A DNA stretch of 63,314 nt, the filler included, from Rhabdomonas costata (taxonomy: Eukaryota): the NCBI GenBank assembly GCA_019059605.1. It is 19 parts of 19 records of this genome, joined end to end, with 100 filler letters (N's around TTAATTAATTAA, not from the genome) between each part and the next. Parts side by side here need not be neighbours in the genome. Positions count along the whole stretch, not along the records: positions 46,764 to 49,994 come from JAHMHO010001143.1; positions 50,095 to 53,327 come from JAHMHO010001144.1; positions 53,428 to 56,659 come from JAHMHO010001145.1; positions 56,760 to 59,986 come from JAHMHO010001146.1; positions 60,087 to 63,314 come from JAHMHO010001147.1; 14 more parts are not named here. One strand, 5' to 3'. Numbering within the stretch: position 1 is the stretch's first letter; the number at the start of each line of letters is the position of its first letter. Positions 49,734-63,314 of this stretch are shown here, piece by piece. The translations under genes and the position numbers were made by a program. The notes below the pieces were generated by a model that ran no database searches, had not been told where the DNA came from, and worked only from the letters and a program-made list of their open reading frames with translations.

Positions 49734-49994
49734 ATGCAGAACGCCGACCGCTCTGCGTCGCCTCCTCCGCCAGCATACGGAGCTTATGGAGGCCCCTCGT
49801 TCACCCTACAGCACACCTTTTTGGGAGCGAAGATGGCCCGGCTACTGGGCGTGCCCACCTCTGTGATCGAAGAGGCACTGGTTGTGCACGAGGATTGCGT
49901 GACGGAGTTCCTGAGGTCTGCGCCCCGGATCTTTGCGTTCCACTCAGTAGGCTCGCGTTCCCGGGAAAAGGAGGAGAAGGCAGACCCAACCCCC
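49734..49994 (+). CDS. Axonemal outer-arm dynein heavy chain (gamma/DNAH5-8 type), extreme N-terminus
   Basis: FTLQHTFLGAKMARLLGVPTSVIEEALVVHEDCVTEFLRSAPRIFAFH resembles, from memory, the N-terminus of Chlamydomonas gamma-HC (H....KLA..FGLP..VIE..L......V..FF). The match is short and recalled, not searched. Confidence 0.5.
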
Positions 49995-52124
49995 NNNNNN
50001 NNNNNNNNNNNNNNNNNNNNNNNNNNNNNNNNNNNNNNTTAATTAATTAANNNNNNNNNNNNNNNNNNNNNNNNNNNNNNNNNNNNNNNNNNNNGGGGTT
50101 ACGAAGGCTTTTTGCCATAACACATTTGAATGAAACAAACACAAATTGAATATGTTATAATATTTAAAAAATAAAGTTATTACTTTAAGCGCGGCCGGCG
50201 GAGCAAGCAGTAGACGAAAAATACCAGCCGGGAAACAAAAACCATGAAAAAGGAGTTGACAAGGCAACACACCGGGAAGAATGCGGAAATGTTTGACACC
50301 AGAAATGATCAACGCGGAAACAAAGTAAATAAGACACAGATTGATGTATAAGAACCAAGGCCCGCATCGGACAACAGCCACCGCAAAATACGCGGTAGCA
50401 AAAAATATACGTCCAACTTTCAAAACTATCAGCACACCACATAATCCAACTAAATATAAAACGAAACAAAGGAGAACCACCCAATCCACCGCAAACCAAT
50501 CATTCTCAAAGGATTTGTGGGGGTTTAATGGCGTCGGGGCGCGTTGTTTTGGTTCAAAAATGAAAAAGTGCAACAAAGGGCACATTGGAGGCACACACAA
50601 CCCCAAGCGCCTTTGACACGACGTTTTCGGCACCAAACGGGCGGCAACCGGCGCAAGACCCCAAAATGTTGGACAGGTAATGCGTTTGCACCAAACTACT
50701 CGTAGGGAGGTCTTTGGGAAAACGGGGTTGGTTTGGGCACCCTGTCTCCTGAAAACGAAGCGGGCGCACCTACGAGTAGATTGATTCGAGGGAAGGGGGC
50801 GTGCCTTTTGGGACCACGATGCCCGGCCCACCTATTTTGAGGATACCGAAGCCCGTGCGGACGCTTATTTTTGCACGTACATTCGAATGCCGGGGCATAA
50901 ATTGTTGGCCAATTACGGGGCGCGGCAGGACTGATGGCCCGGTGACTATGCCCGGTAGGTATTTGGGGTCCCTTCGGCGCACCCCAATGTTCAAGAGGCG
51001 AAAACCTGATTGAAGCGGCAATTTCCCATATAAACGCGGCAGCTTTTCTTTGGATGCCGCTTTTGGACCTTTGCACAAGTCGCCTTGGCTTCATTTTGTG
51101 GTTTGTGGTTAAAAAAAAAGGTAAATGATTTGAGCAGTTATTCGACAGCGCGTTGTTCCCTGGTACCAAAGGGCGCGTAAACGCGGCAACGCCGAAGCCA
51201 GCCACCCAGGTCCCGGGCACAACTTGGGTACAACATGTAATAATCCGGTGCGCACTTGGATGTGGACTGAACACCAACGGCAATCAAACGCGGTTGGTGA
51301 ACGAAGCATCAGATGGTGATTGCCGACGAAATCCGCTCAAACTCTCGCTGTGGGACACACTTTGCATGCAGTGCACCTATATGGGCCCTTTACCTGTAAC
51401 AGCGACGATGATAAAAACTGACAATAGTCTTTTCTGAATCGGTTTGCAGTTGTATACAAAGACGTAGCCGCTATTCGCTGTGCCATCACTGCTGCTGCAT
51501 TCTCTCCCTCTCTCATTTCCCAGAACATAATTTTTCAAGAACCACTGGAGGACAGCTTTAGGCCACTACAACTACAAGTGCAGCAAATATAGCGTGGCAA
51601 GGAACAGATTGATCACACCGCAAGATACTGGATAGCACCTGGCACTGCTCTGCGGTAAGTCTGCAAACAACGTCAGAGGTATCGGCAGAAGGGCATCCAG
51701 CATTTGCCCTTTCACGTGTCTGGTAAAATGCCAGAAATGGGGCCGCCAGCCGATGCTGGGCAGCATTCGAGCCCAATGTGCATTCATCATCACCTTCGGG
51801 CCAGGGAGTTCCAGTCGAGAACTGGGATTCTACGTACGTCCCAGGTCGTTCAGTTAGGTTCCTGCGCTTTTCGTTGCCGATGACCTGGAAAGAGGGCTCC
51901 AGTCCAGAGCTGAGGGGTCCAGAGCAACCTTAGGCTCCTTCAGACTGAGCGACAACCAGACACATTAAGGAAACCACAGCTGGAAGAGAAAGGCGAAAAT
52001 GGCCAACACCGGTAGCACGGACAATGTTAAACAGCACTGGGGAGATCATCGATGCTTTACATACAAAATCTAGTAAAATACCACCTAGCGGCAATAGCCT
52101 CTTTGGGCTACAATTTAGCTTTCG

Positions 52125-53318
52125 TCAACAAGGAACGGGCATCATGAAAATTAGCGGCGATAGGTCTGCACTGCACTGAGGCTGAGGCCTCAGCCTTTGA
52201 GGTAAAAAAAAAGGTGACGCTTTGGCTGCAAGAACGCATGACATAATTCTACTGCGCAACCCTTTGACAAGGATTGCTGCAGCAACTGTGGATGTGCAGA
52301 TGGGCTGCATTTTTTTGGTGAAGCAGTAGGGAACCAGCTTCCTTGCGATGAGTTTAAAGCGAAGAAGCAACACCGTGGTAAGGATTGGGGATAGAGCTGG
52401 ATAACGAGGTATCGAGGGCTGCCATATGCTTGACTTCTCCACTTTAACCCAAACTTCAATAACCACCTGACGAAATGAATACAAGCCCAACCCAGCAAAC
52501 TTCCATCACCAACATGGATCTACCACCAACTCGAAGCACCACCCGACTCCAAACCCTAACCATAAACCCCAAAACCCAAGTCTAATCCATATGCTGCCTT
52601 GTTCCATACAACACCGGAGATGATTTTGCCCCCGCACACTGCAAGCATACGAAGCAAGGGCCTCCTGCAGCGCGTGCTCAGGGGCCTGCACCACTTGCGT
52701 ACCCTGTACGGCATACCCAATACACAAAAAACCCATTACCCCACAGCCCTCTTTTGGCCGGTCGCCAAAGGCCACGATAACGGCCGCATGCCCACGAAGC
52801 GGCACCGCCATGACAATCACTACCAGCATGATGCGATAATCAAACAATTTCGTTTCCTTCCAAGGCTTTTCAGGAAATGTGTGTGTGGAGGGAAGCTGAT
52901 TTCTCCCCCACCCAAACAATAAAAGTGCACTGAACTTGGAGTTGATACCCACCAAAGGCAGAAAGGGATTAGCCCCTATCATCGAAACAAAACGACGCCC
53001 GATATAACCGCGCTGGCTGAAGCAATATTTTGGTTTGAAAAAGTCCAAGCACCGACGTTCCCACCGATGGAATATCGCACAGCGACAGATGGGGACGAAA
53101 GCAGCGCTACACCGACTTCGTATGCGGAACAACTCTGCAGGCAGCGCACTTCTGTGCCACCTGTTAACCCACGGCAGGAGAAACAAGGGTAGGGGTGGGG
53201 GCGGGGAGCAAGCCAGCCTTGTAGTTCCGAACAAATCCAAGGGATTGCAGGACCGCGGAGATGTCCTCCGCCTTCATCGCAGTCAGCCGAACGAGAGAGC
53301 CAATGGACTTCACCCCCC
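52125..53318 (-). CDS. MYST-family histone acetyltransferase, C-terminal winged-helix part
   Basis: Exons ~53318-53218 and 52703-52651 give KSIGSLVRLTAMKAEDISAVLQSLGFVRNYK|GTQVVQAPEHALQEALAS, matching MYST SI..LS..T.+..EDI..TLQ.L..++Y.KGQ. The terminal exon (~52194-52125) is tentative. Confidence 0.72.
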
Positions 53319-53464
53319 TTTTGTTAANNNNNNNNNNNNNNNNNNNNNNNNNNNNNNNNNNNNNNNNNNNNTTAATTAATTAANNNNNNNNNNNNNNNNN
53401 NNNNNNNNNNNNNNNNNNNNNNNNNNNTTCCTGGAGAATGTGATTACCAATGCTTTCCGCTTAG

Positions 53465-54710
53465 GGCCAGAGTGCGGAGCTCACACTTTCGGAGATTGCC
53501 TCGGAATACCCGGAGGGAGTGGTTTCGTCGTGCGGAGACCTCGGTCCGGCGGCAGCGTGGTTCACAGAGAACCCAGAACCCCTTCCGGAGGTCCGCGATT
53601 ACTTTAATAAACGATATTGCATCCTCAGTTTAGTCCTCGAGAAGGTCCAAGGTCCAAGGTCCAAAACGCCACAATGCAGACACAAATTGTTGAGACAGAA
53701 ATCAGCTGTCTTTCCGCTGTCAAGCCTCCCTCTCCCTCTGCACCCTCTCTTCTCATGCGTATTCCCCTTGCCTTCCCCGTTTTTTTTGGAAATTGTTTTT
53801 TGTGGCACAGTCGTGCAATCTGTTGTTTCGGTCATCTTTTTGCACTCCGTGTTTCCCTTTCGTCTTAAACATTTGTAAACTGAACGTTGCAGGCTTGGAG
53901 TTTCTTCGGGGGAAAGCCCTCTTTTCTTCCGCGCACGTACTATGGGCATTCAGGTGAGTACTTTGACGATGTCGGCTAGCACAGTCTACAACAAGAAGCG
54001 AACCGCTGCAGCACAGCAGTACATCCAGCCTCGAAAGCTTCGCTTCGAGGTTGACTCGTGCGTTCTTCTTCACTGTCTCGCTCGCCTGTAACTTTGCTGA
54101 GCTCCAACTTTCGGCACCATGATTTTCGAGAGGAATTTGGGACTGATTGAGAATCGGGTTTAACCCTTTCACAGAGGTGAGGCCGCTTCCCGCGGAACTT
54201 GAAATGCCTCCCAGCAGAGAGCTTTAGTGAAGTACATCCCATTTTTGAGATTTGAGAGCCAAACTGTCAACTATCCCTTGTTTGAAGGGAAGGGAGGCAT
54301 GGGCAGAGAAGCCATAACGTGTCACACGGTTAAGTGAAAAGGACAATGTTCGTTTTGCCGCCACGGTTGGGACACTTTTTTATGTGTGGGAAAAGCGCTT
54401 CGTCAGGCAAACGAGCAGGTCAATAGGACGACCTTAGAATCTTCGAGATATGCAATATACGAAGAAGAAAAGAGCATTGGGCTTTCAGTGTGTTTGAATT
54501 AGTCTGATGAAATTTTTTGAGTTGGAGGTGGAACTCAGCCTTTCGCTTCTTTGGAATCCAGGATGGCTTGCAGAGGGACAAGGATGGCACTCGAGGTTCT
54601 GTCCAGGCACCTGAAAAGCCACCTTCAGCCCTGCCTCTGCTTCCGATGGCAAATCCCTTGGACGGAGTTGCTGTTCCTCCTCCGGATGATCCTCGCCCGG
54701 CGATCGACAG
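53465..54710 (+). CDS. Hypothetical multi-exon protein (fragments)
   Basis: GQSAELTLSEIASEYPEGVVSSCGDLGPAAAWFTENPEPLPE|AWSFFGGKPSFLPRTYYGHS spliced by GT-AG, plus a later Pro-rich exon. Confidence 0.45.
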
Positions 54711-57599
54711 GTTCTCGGTGGCGTTTTTGTTTTCCGATTTATTTTGCCACCGATTTGAGAGAACTTTTTTCGGCTGGGCTGCTTTCTTTATTGTTCATTT
54801 ATATTCATTTCCACAAATATGGAACAACAACAACTTCGGTTGTTGCTCAGTTGACACCACAGGATACCATAAAGAAAAACCTGTAACTTGGATTTTTTAT
54901 ACCTTTTTCCGATTTCTTTGGAGTTTCTCTTGCGTCCATTACGCGCATTTTTTTTTTCGATTCCTACAGACTTGGGCAGCAAATGCAGTCAATTTTTTTT
55001 TTGCTCGTTTTGGGTTCCGATATCATTATAGATGGTGGGATTTCACTCACTTTTGGAAGCTTGGTTTTGTGACAAAACGCGAACACTTTTTTTTTTGACT
55101 TTTTACAGGTTTCTGAGAGAAAATACAAATTGGGGCTCACAACCCTTGGTGGGTTTGTATCTCTTTCTCTTTTAAGAAGATCTCTTTTATATACTGTGTT
55201 CTCAGCTTCAGTGCTCCTCCAAGAAAACCCCGCCCTTTTCTTAATGCGGAGAAACGAGGCACGAGATGCAGGAGTGGGTCCCTGAAAGGCTTGTGCCAGA
55301 AGGTTTTGGCTGTCCTAAAGCCGCGCCGTTCGCTTTCCCTCTCCTCCCTTCTCGCCCTCCCCCCCGGTCGTCCCTAGAGCGGCCAGAACGTGCTCTGTGT
55401 GCTTTCGTTTTCTTTTCTTTGGGGTTTGTGTTTTTTGCGTGCGCTACACACACAATCGCGAGCGCTTCATCGTACCGTAACATGCACACCGCTGCCACCC
55501 CCACCACAAGAATCTCTCTTCCTGCCTTTCGGAGGCAGAGAGTGAAGTGTGGGGCTCCTCAGCGCACCCCGAGCTCGCCGGTCGCATATGCGTGGCATAT
55601 GCGTTGAGCATCGCCGTGAAACCGGTCTGCGCCAGCCATGGGCAAGTGCACCGACCGTGGTGTGTGGAATGGGCCTTAGGTGGACACCTTTTTGTTTCGG
55701 GTGAGCTCCTCCCCAATTATATTTTCCGTTCTGTGCTGTGCTTTTGGGATTGGGATTGGTTTTGTGTGGAAGGTGGTATTGATGGTTTTCGGCCGTGCTG
55801 TGAGTGCGAACCGTTGTCAAGCTTGGTGAATCAGAAGCGAGGTGTTGTCTCTTTTGTGGCAGGCGTGACTACTTTGCAGCTTGAGCAACCATCTGTCTGC
55901 CCTGCATCTTTGCGTCTTGGCATGTGAATAGTTGATGCATAGCGCAAACATGAAGAAAGAACTGAAACACTTCCCAGATGCCCGTTTCACGGGCTTTTTC
56001 ACTGGCAAGGATTCTATGGAGTTAAATTGTCCACCAAATAAAGCAACGTGCATTGAATATGATAGTTCGTTAGCCTGTTGGGCGTAAGTGACGCCCGTCA
56101 AGGCATGCATTGTGAATGCAAATATCCTTAATGGCGCGCTCACTCATCGCTTGTGTGAAACAAGCCAGGGTATCAAAGTTTGGTCTCCTCTGTTTTCGAG
56201 TTCACAAGCGCGTTTTGGATTGCACTTCGCGGTAACGTTATTGTCTTTCTAGAGGATAATTGTGACTGAATTCAAGAATATTTTTTGGCCTGATGCATAC
56301 CTGATGCAGCGATCACCACATATTTTACTGCAAAGGAGTGGATGTCCATCCCCCTGCCACGGACATTAACTTACAGTCCTTCATTAGCCTATCATTGGAT
56401 CTCCGCTCACCTTCGGCAGCGTCCAGCTTTCCTAACGCCCCCGCTTTGGTTGAGTTTTCAATTATAACTCCCCTAAAATAACTTGATAGGGCATTTCCAG
56501 ATGCAGAGAGCAACGATCGGGGCAGTTCATTGTTGTGCATACATCTGTATTGGTCTTTCAGAGTGGGGACTTTGTGGCATTCTGAAATATTTCACCCAGC
56601 CCGGAGTCTTCAGGTTGCAATTCTCACACTGCCCCCACCAACCCACACACACCCAACACNNNNNNNNNNNNNNNNNNNNNNNNNNNNNNNNNNNNNNNNN
56701 NNNTTAATTAATTAANNNNNNNNNNNNNNNNNNNNNNNNNNNNNNNNNNNNNNNNNNNNAGCCATTTATAGGTGGAATATAAAGGGAAAGCTATGCCGAA
56801 ATTGTTTTCTGGTGAAGAAAGATGCCCGATACCATTTGTGTCTGCACGGTGCATGCCTGCTTGAGAGTCGTACCCTAAAATAGCATTTGACAGCCTCGGA
56901 GATGGAGGCCATTGTTGTTGCGAGATGCTGGAGGTGCAGGATCGCTGTTGAAACTTACTTCCATTTCTTTTCTCCCTCTCTTCCTCTTCTCTGATCTTAG
57001 GTTGACTTTACTTCGGCGGACGAGAACGAGGAGCCTATCCTGTATCCTCCCCCTCTTCGGCAGTGGGAGACCCTTGCCCTGTCTGGTTGCTCCCCACCCC
57101 GCCTCTATGTTGATCCGTTAGATTCCTTGCTTGCAAATTGCTGCATTCGTGTCCCCTGCTTCGTTTCTTGTTTCAGTTTTTCGCATCCTCGGGTCTTGGT
57201 TTTCCTTTGTTGCAAGCGCGGCAGTGTGGCGACAATATCACCCCCTCCCCGTCCGTCGACCTGCTTCGCCTCAATCTATTTTTCCTTTGGCGATTTCCAG
57301 CGGTCTTCTTGAGAAAACGCCTTTGCCCCCCTCCCCATATAAAAAAGCAGCAACCCTTCGTCGCGGTAACCAGAGGTGTTAGTTGCTTGTGTTGAGCGTA
57401 ACCAGTTGTGACAGATATCTGATCTGATTGTTATCTCAACTTGAAAACGGTTAGCTTAACTATGCCAGTGCTTTCCAGATGGATGCTTTTGGTGAGCACC
57501 TTCAATATGAAAATATATTATCATGATGACCTACACCAGTACCGTAACGTCAATCCACCTGTGATACAAGCTGGTTACGTCCACACCAACCCCCCGTAG

Positions 57600-59517
57600 G
57601 ACTGTGCTTTGCGAGGGATGGGCGCCTCGGGATGTCCCTGCTGCACCAGTTCCGCTTTGTCGGGGCCCCAGGCGAGCTCCGGCCGTGCTGGGGCGACGAG
57701 GAGCCCACCGCTGCGGTAAGCACCCCGTCCCGTGTCCCCAGCTTCTGGCGACTGACCACTTTTTGTCATGCCTGCACCAGTCTTATGTTTGTGGCGTTTG
57801 TAGTTGTTGTTGTTGTGGTGGGGGTTCCAGTGTTCCTGGTCTTCCAATGTCCGCTCTTGAACAACAAGCAGGAATTATTCGCAAATGGGGAAACAGTAGC
57901 CAACGGTTTACTCAGTGTCCAGTGCAAACGCCCAAACACATGAGATCATGAGATCATGAGTGGTCAGTCTGTCTTTTGAGAATTAAATGTTACGTTTGCC
58001 TACACGCAACCTCCCACACAAGGCAAACCTTGCTCAGGGTGGTCCTCGGCATGCCCTTTTGCGTTTCTGTTTGACATTTTTCTTTCGAAAGGGCCAAGAG
58101 TTGCACCTCTTCAGCCTGGCTCCGGCCACCACTCGGCCCAACACCTATCGGGTGCTCACCCGGCACTGCTTCCAGGTGCAGCCCTCAGAGGCCATCCCGT
58201 TCACCCACCAGCTCGGTGCCACTGCACCAGGCTCTGCTCTCTTCTTTGCCGCTCCTGCTGCTGCCACCCCTAGCCCGGCCGCCTCTATGGCCTCTATGGG
58301 GGAGGCACCCACAGCGGCCCCACCGGTGCTGTCGCTGGTAGTGCCCGTGCAGGCCTCTGGGGTGAACCACTTGCTGCACCTCGCTATCAGTGGGGCGTCG
58401 GCTGTGATGGAGGAGGGCTGTGAGTCCCCGACCTGCGGGGGAATGGTGTGTGCGGGGGGCTTCCCCGACTTCAAAAGCTCACCAGTCCTTTTGCTTCGGC
58501 TTCGGTATCATTTGGTTGCATACATTACATTTTCCGGAGGCGTTGGGAACTAATTCTTTATTATTCCGGTGTCTCGATATTATATTTGACACGCTAGGAC
58601 TTGGTCAGCACGCAAATGCAAAGTCCTGCAACGAAGACCTTTTGCTCGAGATTTATGACGGCATTGCAACAACTGGTTTTTCCAATATACATTGTCAAGC
58701 AGAGACACCAAGAACAGCAAAGAGTTGCAGTGAAAGGAGAAGAAGAAAGGAAAGGGTAACGATGTTGGTGATTACTGGAGGGGGCGGAAAAATACAGTGC
58801 AAATTTTATAAGGGCAGATATTTTCAAGACAAAAAATGCAAGTTGTGGGTAAGGAACAAAATACGAAATTACACAGAGGGAAACTTACACACTTTTCGTC
58901 GAAAAACCACTGTGAGGCAGTTTCTTTCTTGCTGAAGTGTGCTGGAAAACCGCCCCATATCAGTACATAAGTGGATATCGTTTTGTGCCGTATGTTGTCG
59001 CTTCGATATCTTCTATTGCTGGATGTGCATCTGCAGGGTGGAACCGTGGACCTGGTTCCACCCACCCTGTTGGCCTTCTCGCTGCCCCACGCCACGTGCG
59101 CCACAGTTGCCGAGGATGGCCTGCTGGGCATTGGTGCTGCCTCTGCCTCCTCCTCCTCCCCAACCACCGTTTCTTGTTCACGTTCGTTCCGCGCCTGAAA
59201 GCATGTCTGTCAATGGTCGTGTGCTTCGCTTGGTTTGGGAGCGCCTCCAGGTTTGTTTGGGTTAGGGCAGTAATTTCTGATTTCTGATTTCTGATTCTGA
59301 TTCTGATTCTGATGATCGCAAAATGCTCACTCAAGCCTATGCATTGCACTCACCTTGCAAACACACCAGTATTCATTCCGCTGATGAGGTCATTGTGTGC
59401 CCCGGCATTCGCGGAGGGCGTTCACGGCAATCACAAATCCCATGTTTAAATGTTTGTGACAGGAATGGACACTGGCACTGTGGTGATGGTGGGCACTGCC
59501 GCAGAGCTTGAGTCCGA
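57600..59517 (+). CDS. Hypothetical multi-exon protein, possibly beta-propeller-like
   Basis: In-frame exons LCFARDGRLGMSLLHQF...EPTAA|VQPSEAIPF...HLLHLAISG, and GGTVDLVPPTLLAFSLPHATCATVAEDGLLGIG|MDTGTVVMV. The A....DG.L.+G..+G.V pattern is WD40-like. Confidence 0.5.
59273..59312 (+). repeat. (ATTTCTG/ATTCTG)n short tandem repeat
   Basis: Six consecutive 6-7 nt units. Confidence 0.85.
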
Positions 59518-60439
59518 GGCTGTTCCCTTGCATGTTTGGCCCGTGCGACGGTCTGTGGTTCCCCGCCCACCCGTTACTTCCTTACCTTCGCTTTCCGAAA
59601 AGTAGCACAGCCCACTATAAGTCCATTGTAACATCAAATGTCTTTGTTTCTGCACCCGTTGAGCAGGTACTGTGCCACGGCTGTGGATTTTTTCATGTCT
59701 GCGGCTGGCTGGATGCTCCGTGAGGTTCTTGGAACAACCCCACGTCACGTATTTGAAACGGTAAGCTTTTTTAATGGCAATGACCAGGACCATGGTTGCT
59801 TTACGCTCCCACCCCACCCCACCTCCACTACCGACAGCAATAAAAAGTTAAACGACGCAATCCCTCCGTCAACTCCTTCAGCAGTGAACCTTTTTTCTTT
59901 AAAGCTCCTTTTTGTGCTCATGTTGACTCTTGATGATGTCCTGGACCTCTGCAGTGACGAAAAAAGGTTCCGAGAGTGGCCAACAGNNNNNNNNNNNNNN
60001 NNNNNNNNNNNNNNNNNNNNNNNNNNNNNNTTAATTAATTAANNNNNNNNNNNNNNNNNNNNNNNNNNNNNNNNNNNNNNNNNNNNGGGTGGTTGTCTGT
60101 GAAGATTGTCAGGACTATAGCGTTGATAAGGATCCAACATACATGAGACTTACCACTACGTCATGTATGTTGGATCCTTATCAACGCTATAGTCCTGACA
60201 ATCTTCACAGACAAGCAGAAAAGATACAGGCAGACGCCAAAATCCCAAATCATTTGATGCCGATTAGATTAGTTGCTCTGCATCATGTGATCTTGTTTCA
60301 CCCGGACACATTTGTGTTCCTTGTTTAATTTTGTTCTTGCTACCTTATTGGGTGATGTTCTCAGTCTCTCAGATATGTTTCATTCATCCTTGGGTTCTGC
60401 AATTTCTTATTAGTTTGTGTTTTGTGTTCCTCGTTGCAG

Positions 60440-63218
60440 TCTTTGAAGGACTCCTTCTTGGAAAAGTGGAAGAGCTCAGGTTTCTCTGAGGTCCTTCGCC
60501 CCCGTCCCCATACCGCTCACAAGGCTTGGGAAGCCCGTGGCCGCCTCAGCCGCAGCAACCGCGGAAGCACTGAGGAGCTGGAAGACGACGAAGACAGCGC
60601 TAGCTGTATGCAGGTCTTGGTGTGGGCACTGTGTGACCGCACCCTCCCTCAGGATTTTTGTGTCAGCGGTGTCCCCACAATGAAGACTCAAATCGATACT
60701 CCGTGTTGTTGTTGTGTTGTTGTGTCCGCCCTGACGCTTGATCTTCCCGTGTGCGCCACACTGTGGCTCCCTCCAGTGAAAGGGAAATACCAAAAGAAAT
60801 GTTGTTGCTCACCTTGCTCACTTGCTCGCCGAGCTACCGTAGAAATGAGGTGTGAACTCATCTGATATAGGGTGCATGGACTGAAGTTTCTCCTGAGTTA
60901 CCTCTCTTGGAGCCCAATAATTATATAACCGCGTACACCCACATAGACCCTGACAACGATAGTTGCTCGATTTACAATGACCGACACGCTTTCGAGCATC
61001 TCGAGTATCTCGAGTATTTTTATACTTGCAGCGCCCCCCTTTTAACGCTGAATTGGAATGGAGAACTCTGTCTTCATAACAACCATCTTTTGACCCATTT
61101 TCCATTGAATTTGGTGGGCATGGCCTGCTCCTCCGTGTGTTTGTCCTTGTTTCAGCTCCAGTTCCTGGTGGAGCTGGTATCTCAGTATTTTCCGGAGAAG
61201 GAAGTGGACCCTGAGCAGGTCCATGTGCCGTGCTCCCAGCTCATTCAGGCTGTCGAGACAGGGCTAAGGATCCTGAAGAAGATACGCGGGTGTGCCCCCC
61301 CCACACAGGTTACAAGAATATGTATTGTGACACTGGTACAGTCCTTTAATGCACACATGGGATAAAAACCAGAGGTGGTGCTGAGCTTTTTTCCCCTTCT
61401 CTGTTCGTCTATGGTCCTGTTTCTATTTTTTCCTCCGTTTTTGGGGTTGAGTTTGATTGTGTGACCCAGTGTGTCTTATCCCTCTCTCTAGCACTCACCG
61501 CTAACGTGGCTTTCTGCAGCCAAATTGTGCGGCCTGGTCTGGGAGTTCACCGCCGTAGCGGAAGCTACTCTTTGAAGGCCGCTGAGGCTTGCGAGGCGTG
61601 CTCACTTATGGCGATCTGCTTAAAGCGGCTGCAGGTGCTTCTGAGCCTCAACCTGAAGGTGTGCAGCTTTTCTGGGTGGAAGAGGGGAGATCGGTGGATG
61701 TCGGCCCATTTTTTTGCGAAAGTAAATTATCATCTCCGTCAAATAACGCGGCACCTTCAATTGCATTGCACACTTCCCACTCTCTTAGCTCTGTGTTTTT
61801 CACAGGGGTTTGAGAAAGCTTCGACGGAACCTTCGGACCAGCTCAACCGTGGGTGGACCCTGTGCACGGACTGGGATGCCTTTGTGGTGCAGAACTACGT
61901 CTGGAAGGTGTTTGTGGGATGGGCTTCCTGGTTCGCTCGTTCACCACGTTTTCCCCACTGCGAGGCAAGCAGAAGTTGCTTATGGGCCTCCCTTGCTTGA
62001 GCAATCACAATATTGCCTGTGTCCAATCATGCTTTGACATTGCGCCGATAATACAAACTGAGCGTCATCATATGCATTGTGTGCAGTGTGTTACAACTAC
62101 CAATACTCAGTACAATAAATAGGCGGCATCAAATCGGCGGCATTCTTACAACCATGGTTTTTTATGAAGCGTCTTCTCTGTTCGAGGGAGGGGGGCCGAT
62201 ACACGGGGTGTTTGTTTGTTCGTCTCTGTTCTGGGTCCGTCAGAATTCCAACCCACCTAGACAGGTCGCTGGTCTGAAGGGGGTCCCGCACCACAGCAGA
62301 CGATGTTTGTGTTGTATTTGTGGTGTTCGCTGCTAAAGCTCTGCATGTGTCTCCACATTTACCACAATCGCACCACCCGTTATCGCGTCACATTCGTGTC
62401 ACCTTCCCACTCCGTGATTGTCTCATAACCAGTTGCCAAATATGATGCAGCGCATTGTAATCACCAAGCGCGTGAACGAGTGTGTGTTTGCAGTGGGTCC
62501 AAGGCTGTGCTCGTTTTTCAGAACGCCGGCTTGGTCAGGAAGCAGAAGCACTTCCTCATGCGTCTTAGTGCTGACGCAGAAAACCCTGAGCTTGTCGGCC
62601 AGCATCTCAGGTAAGTATGTCAATGAATTGAGTTCTGCTTCGCGTGCGCCTCTTGTCATCATTTGTGCGCTGATGTTGCTACATGAACATCAAACGGCGT
62701 TTACGCACCCCTAGCCGCGCCGTCACTTCCTGTCATCCCCGATGGGCCGCTACCGTCGATAAGATCAAGAACCAGGTTGAGACCGCCATTGCCAAGTTGG
62801 ATCTCAATACTGCCAGGCGCAACGTGAGCGGTGAATTTTCTGCTGTCCTATTATGTGAGTCATATCTTTCCGCACAGTGCTCTAGTATTCCCAAGAACAA
62901 AACAAGGGAAACAAAAGACGGACTCGTCAGGTGCACAATCTGCGTGACATCCACACACACACTCTCTCTCACGGACCTCTTTTGGTCTCCAGGTTCCTGG
63001 TGAGCACTCCAGGAGCAGCTCTCCACAGCTGCCTCCAGGCCTTTGCGGAGTGGTTCTCCAGCGCTTCCCCAGCCCGCCTGAGTTCCGCCCTGGCGCTGTC
63101 TTCGGACCCCACGATTGGGCTCACCTTGAGGCAGGCCGTGGCGGCCTGCCAGGCCTTCGCCGGGGCCGCCGCCGGATATGCCCAGGCCCGAGTGTTCCGC
63201 GGCGTGGACAGCCGGACG
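60440..63218 (+). CDS. Alpha-helical hypothetical protein (partial, at least 7 exons)
   Basis: GT-AG exons splice largely in frame: SLKDSFLEKW...SCMQ|LQFLVELVSQYF...KKIRG|QIVRPG...SLNLK|GFEK...NYVWK|NAGLVRK...HLS|RAVTSCHPRW..., then FLVSTPG...VDSRT. No family recognised. Confidence 0.65.
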
Positions 63219-63314
63219 GGTGTGCCAGTGAATATTTAAGTGTTTTGCCATCCGCCCTCCTTCTCCCTTCCTGTAATTATACCCCCCAAAGGCGTTTCCA
63301 AAGCCCCGCGTTAG

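Noticed and set aside
50095..51200. Hydrophobic 262-aa minus-strand ORF, or a decayed transposon or foreign insert
   Set aside because: It lies in a homopolymer-rich noisy tract. The hydrophobicity follows from T-richness, and no RT, integrase or transposase motif is recognisable.
1..63314. Co-occurrence of two cyclases, a NIT-like sensor and a MAPK as a signalling gene cluster
   Set aside because: They lie on separate unlinked contigs, so adjacency is an artefact of concatenation.

Overview
This window is not a contiguous locus. It is 19 unrelated draft-assembly contigs of about 3.23-3.27 kb, joined by artificial 100-nt linkers (44 N + TTAATTAATTAA + 44 N), so neighbourhood across linkers means nothing. 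The source is an intron-rich flagellated eukaryote. Euglenozoan, probably euglenid, is my inference from the cyclase/NIT receptor repertoire, the flagellar genes, the GT/GC-AG introns and TTAGGG-like motifs. Most ORF-track entries are spurious, and the real genes must be spliced by hand. Recognisable partial genes: a MAP kinase C-terminus, a catalytically degenerate class III nucleotide cyclase, a multi-KH RNA-binding protein, LRRC9, ALG1, an intronless octopine/tauropine-type opine dehydrogenase, a membrane NIT-like sensor, an intact class III adenylate cyclase, an M16A insulinase-like peptidase, the N-terminus of an outer-arm dynein gamma-type heavy chain, and a MYST acetyltransferase C-terminus. 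There is also a ~970-codon intronless orphan ORF and several unassigned multi-exon genes. Most notable: (1) a predicted 23-nt micro-exon followed by a 53-nt GA-AG non-canonical intron in the cyclase; (2) a contig whose end overlaps its start and closes one ORF, suggesting a tandem array, a circle or an artefact; (3) the GC-rich intronless opine dehydrogenase with altered active-site flanks; (4) a pseudo-cyclase that shares an intron position with the active cyclase; (5) the large orphan ORF. No CRISPR array, rRNA, tRNA or intact transposase was seen, and no multi-gene novel system can be established from these fragments.
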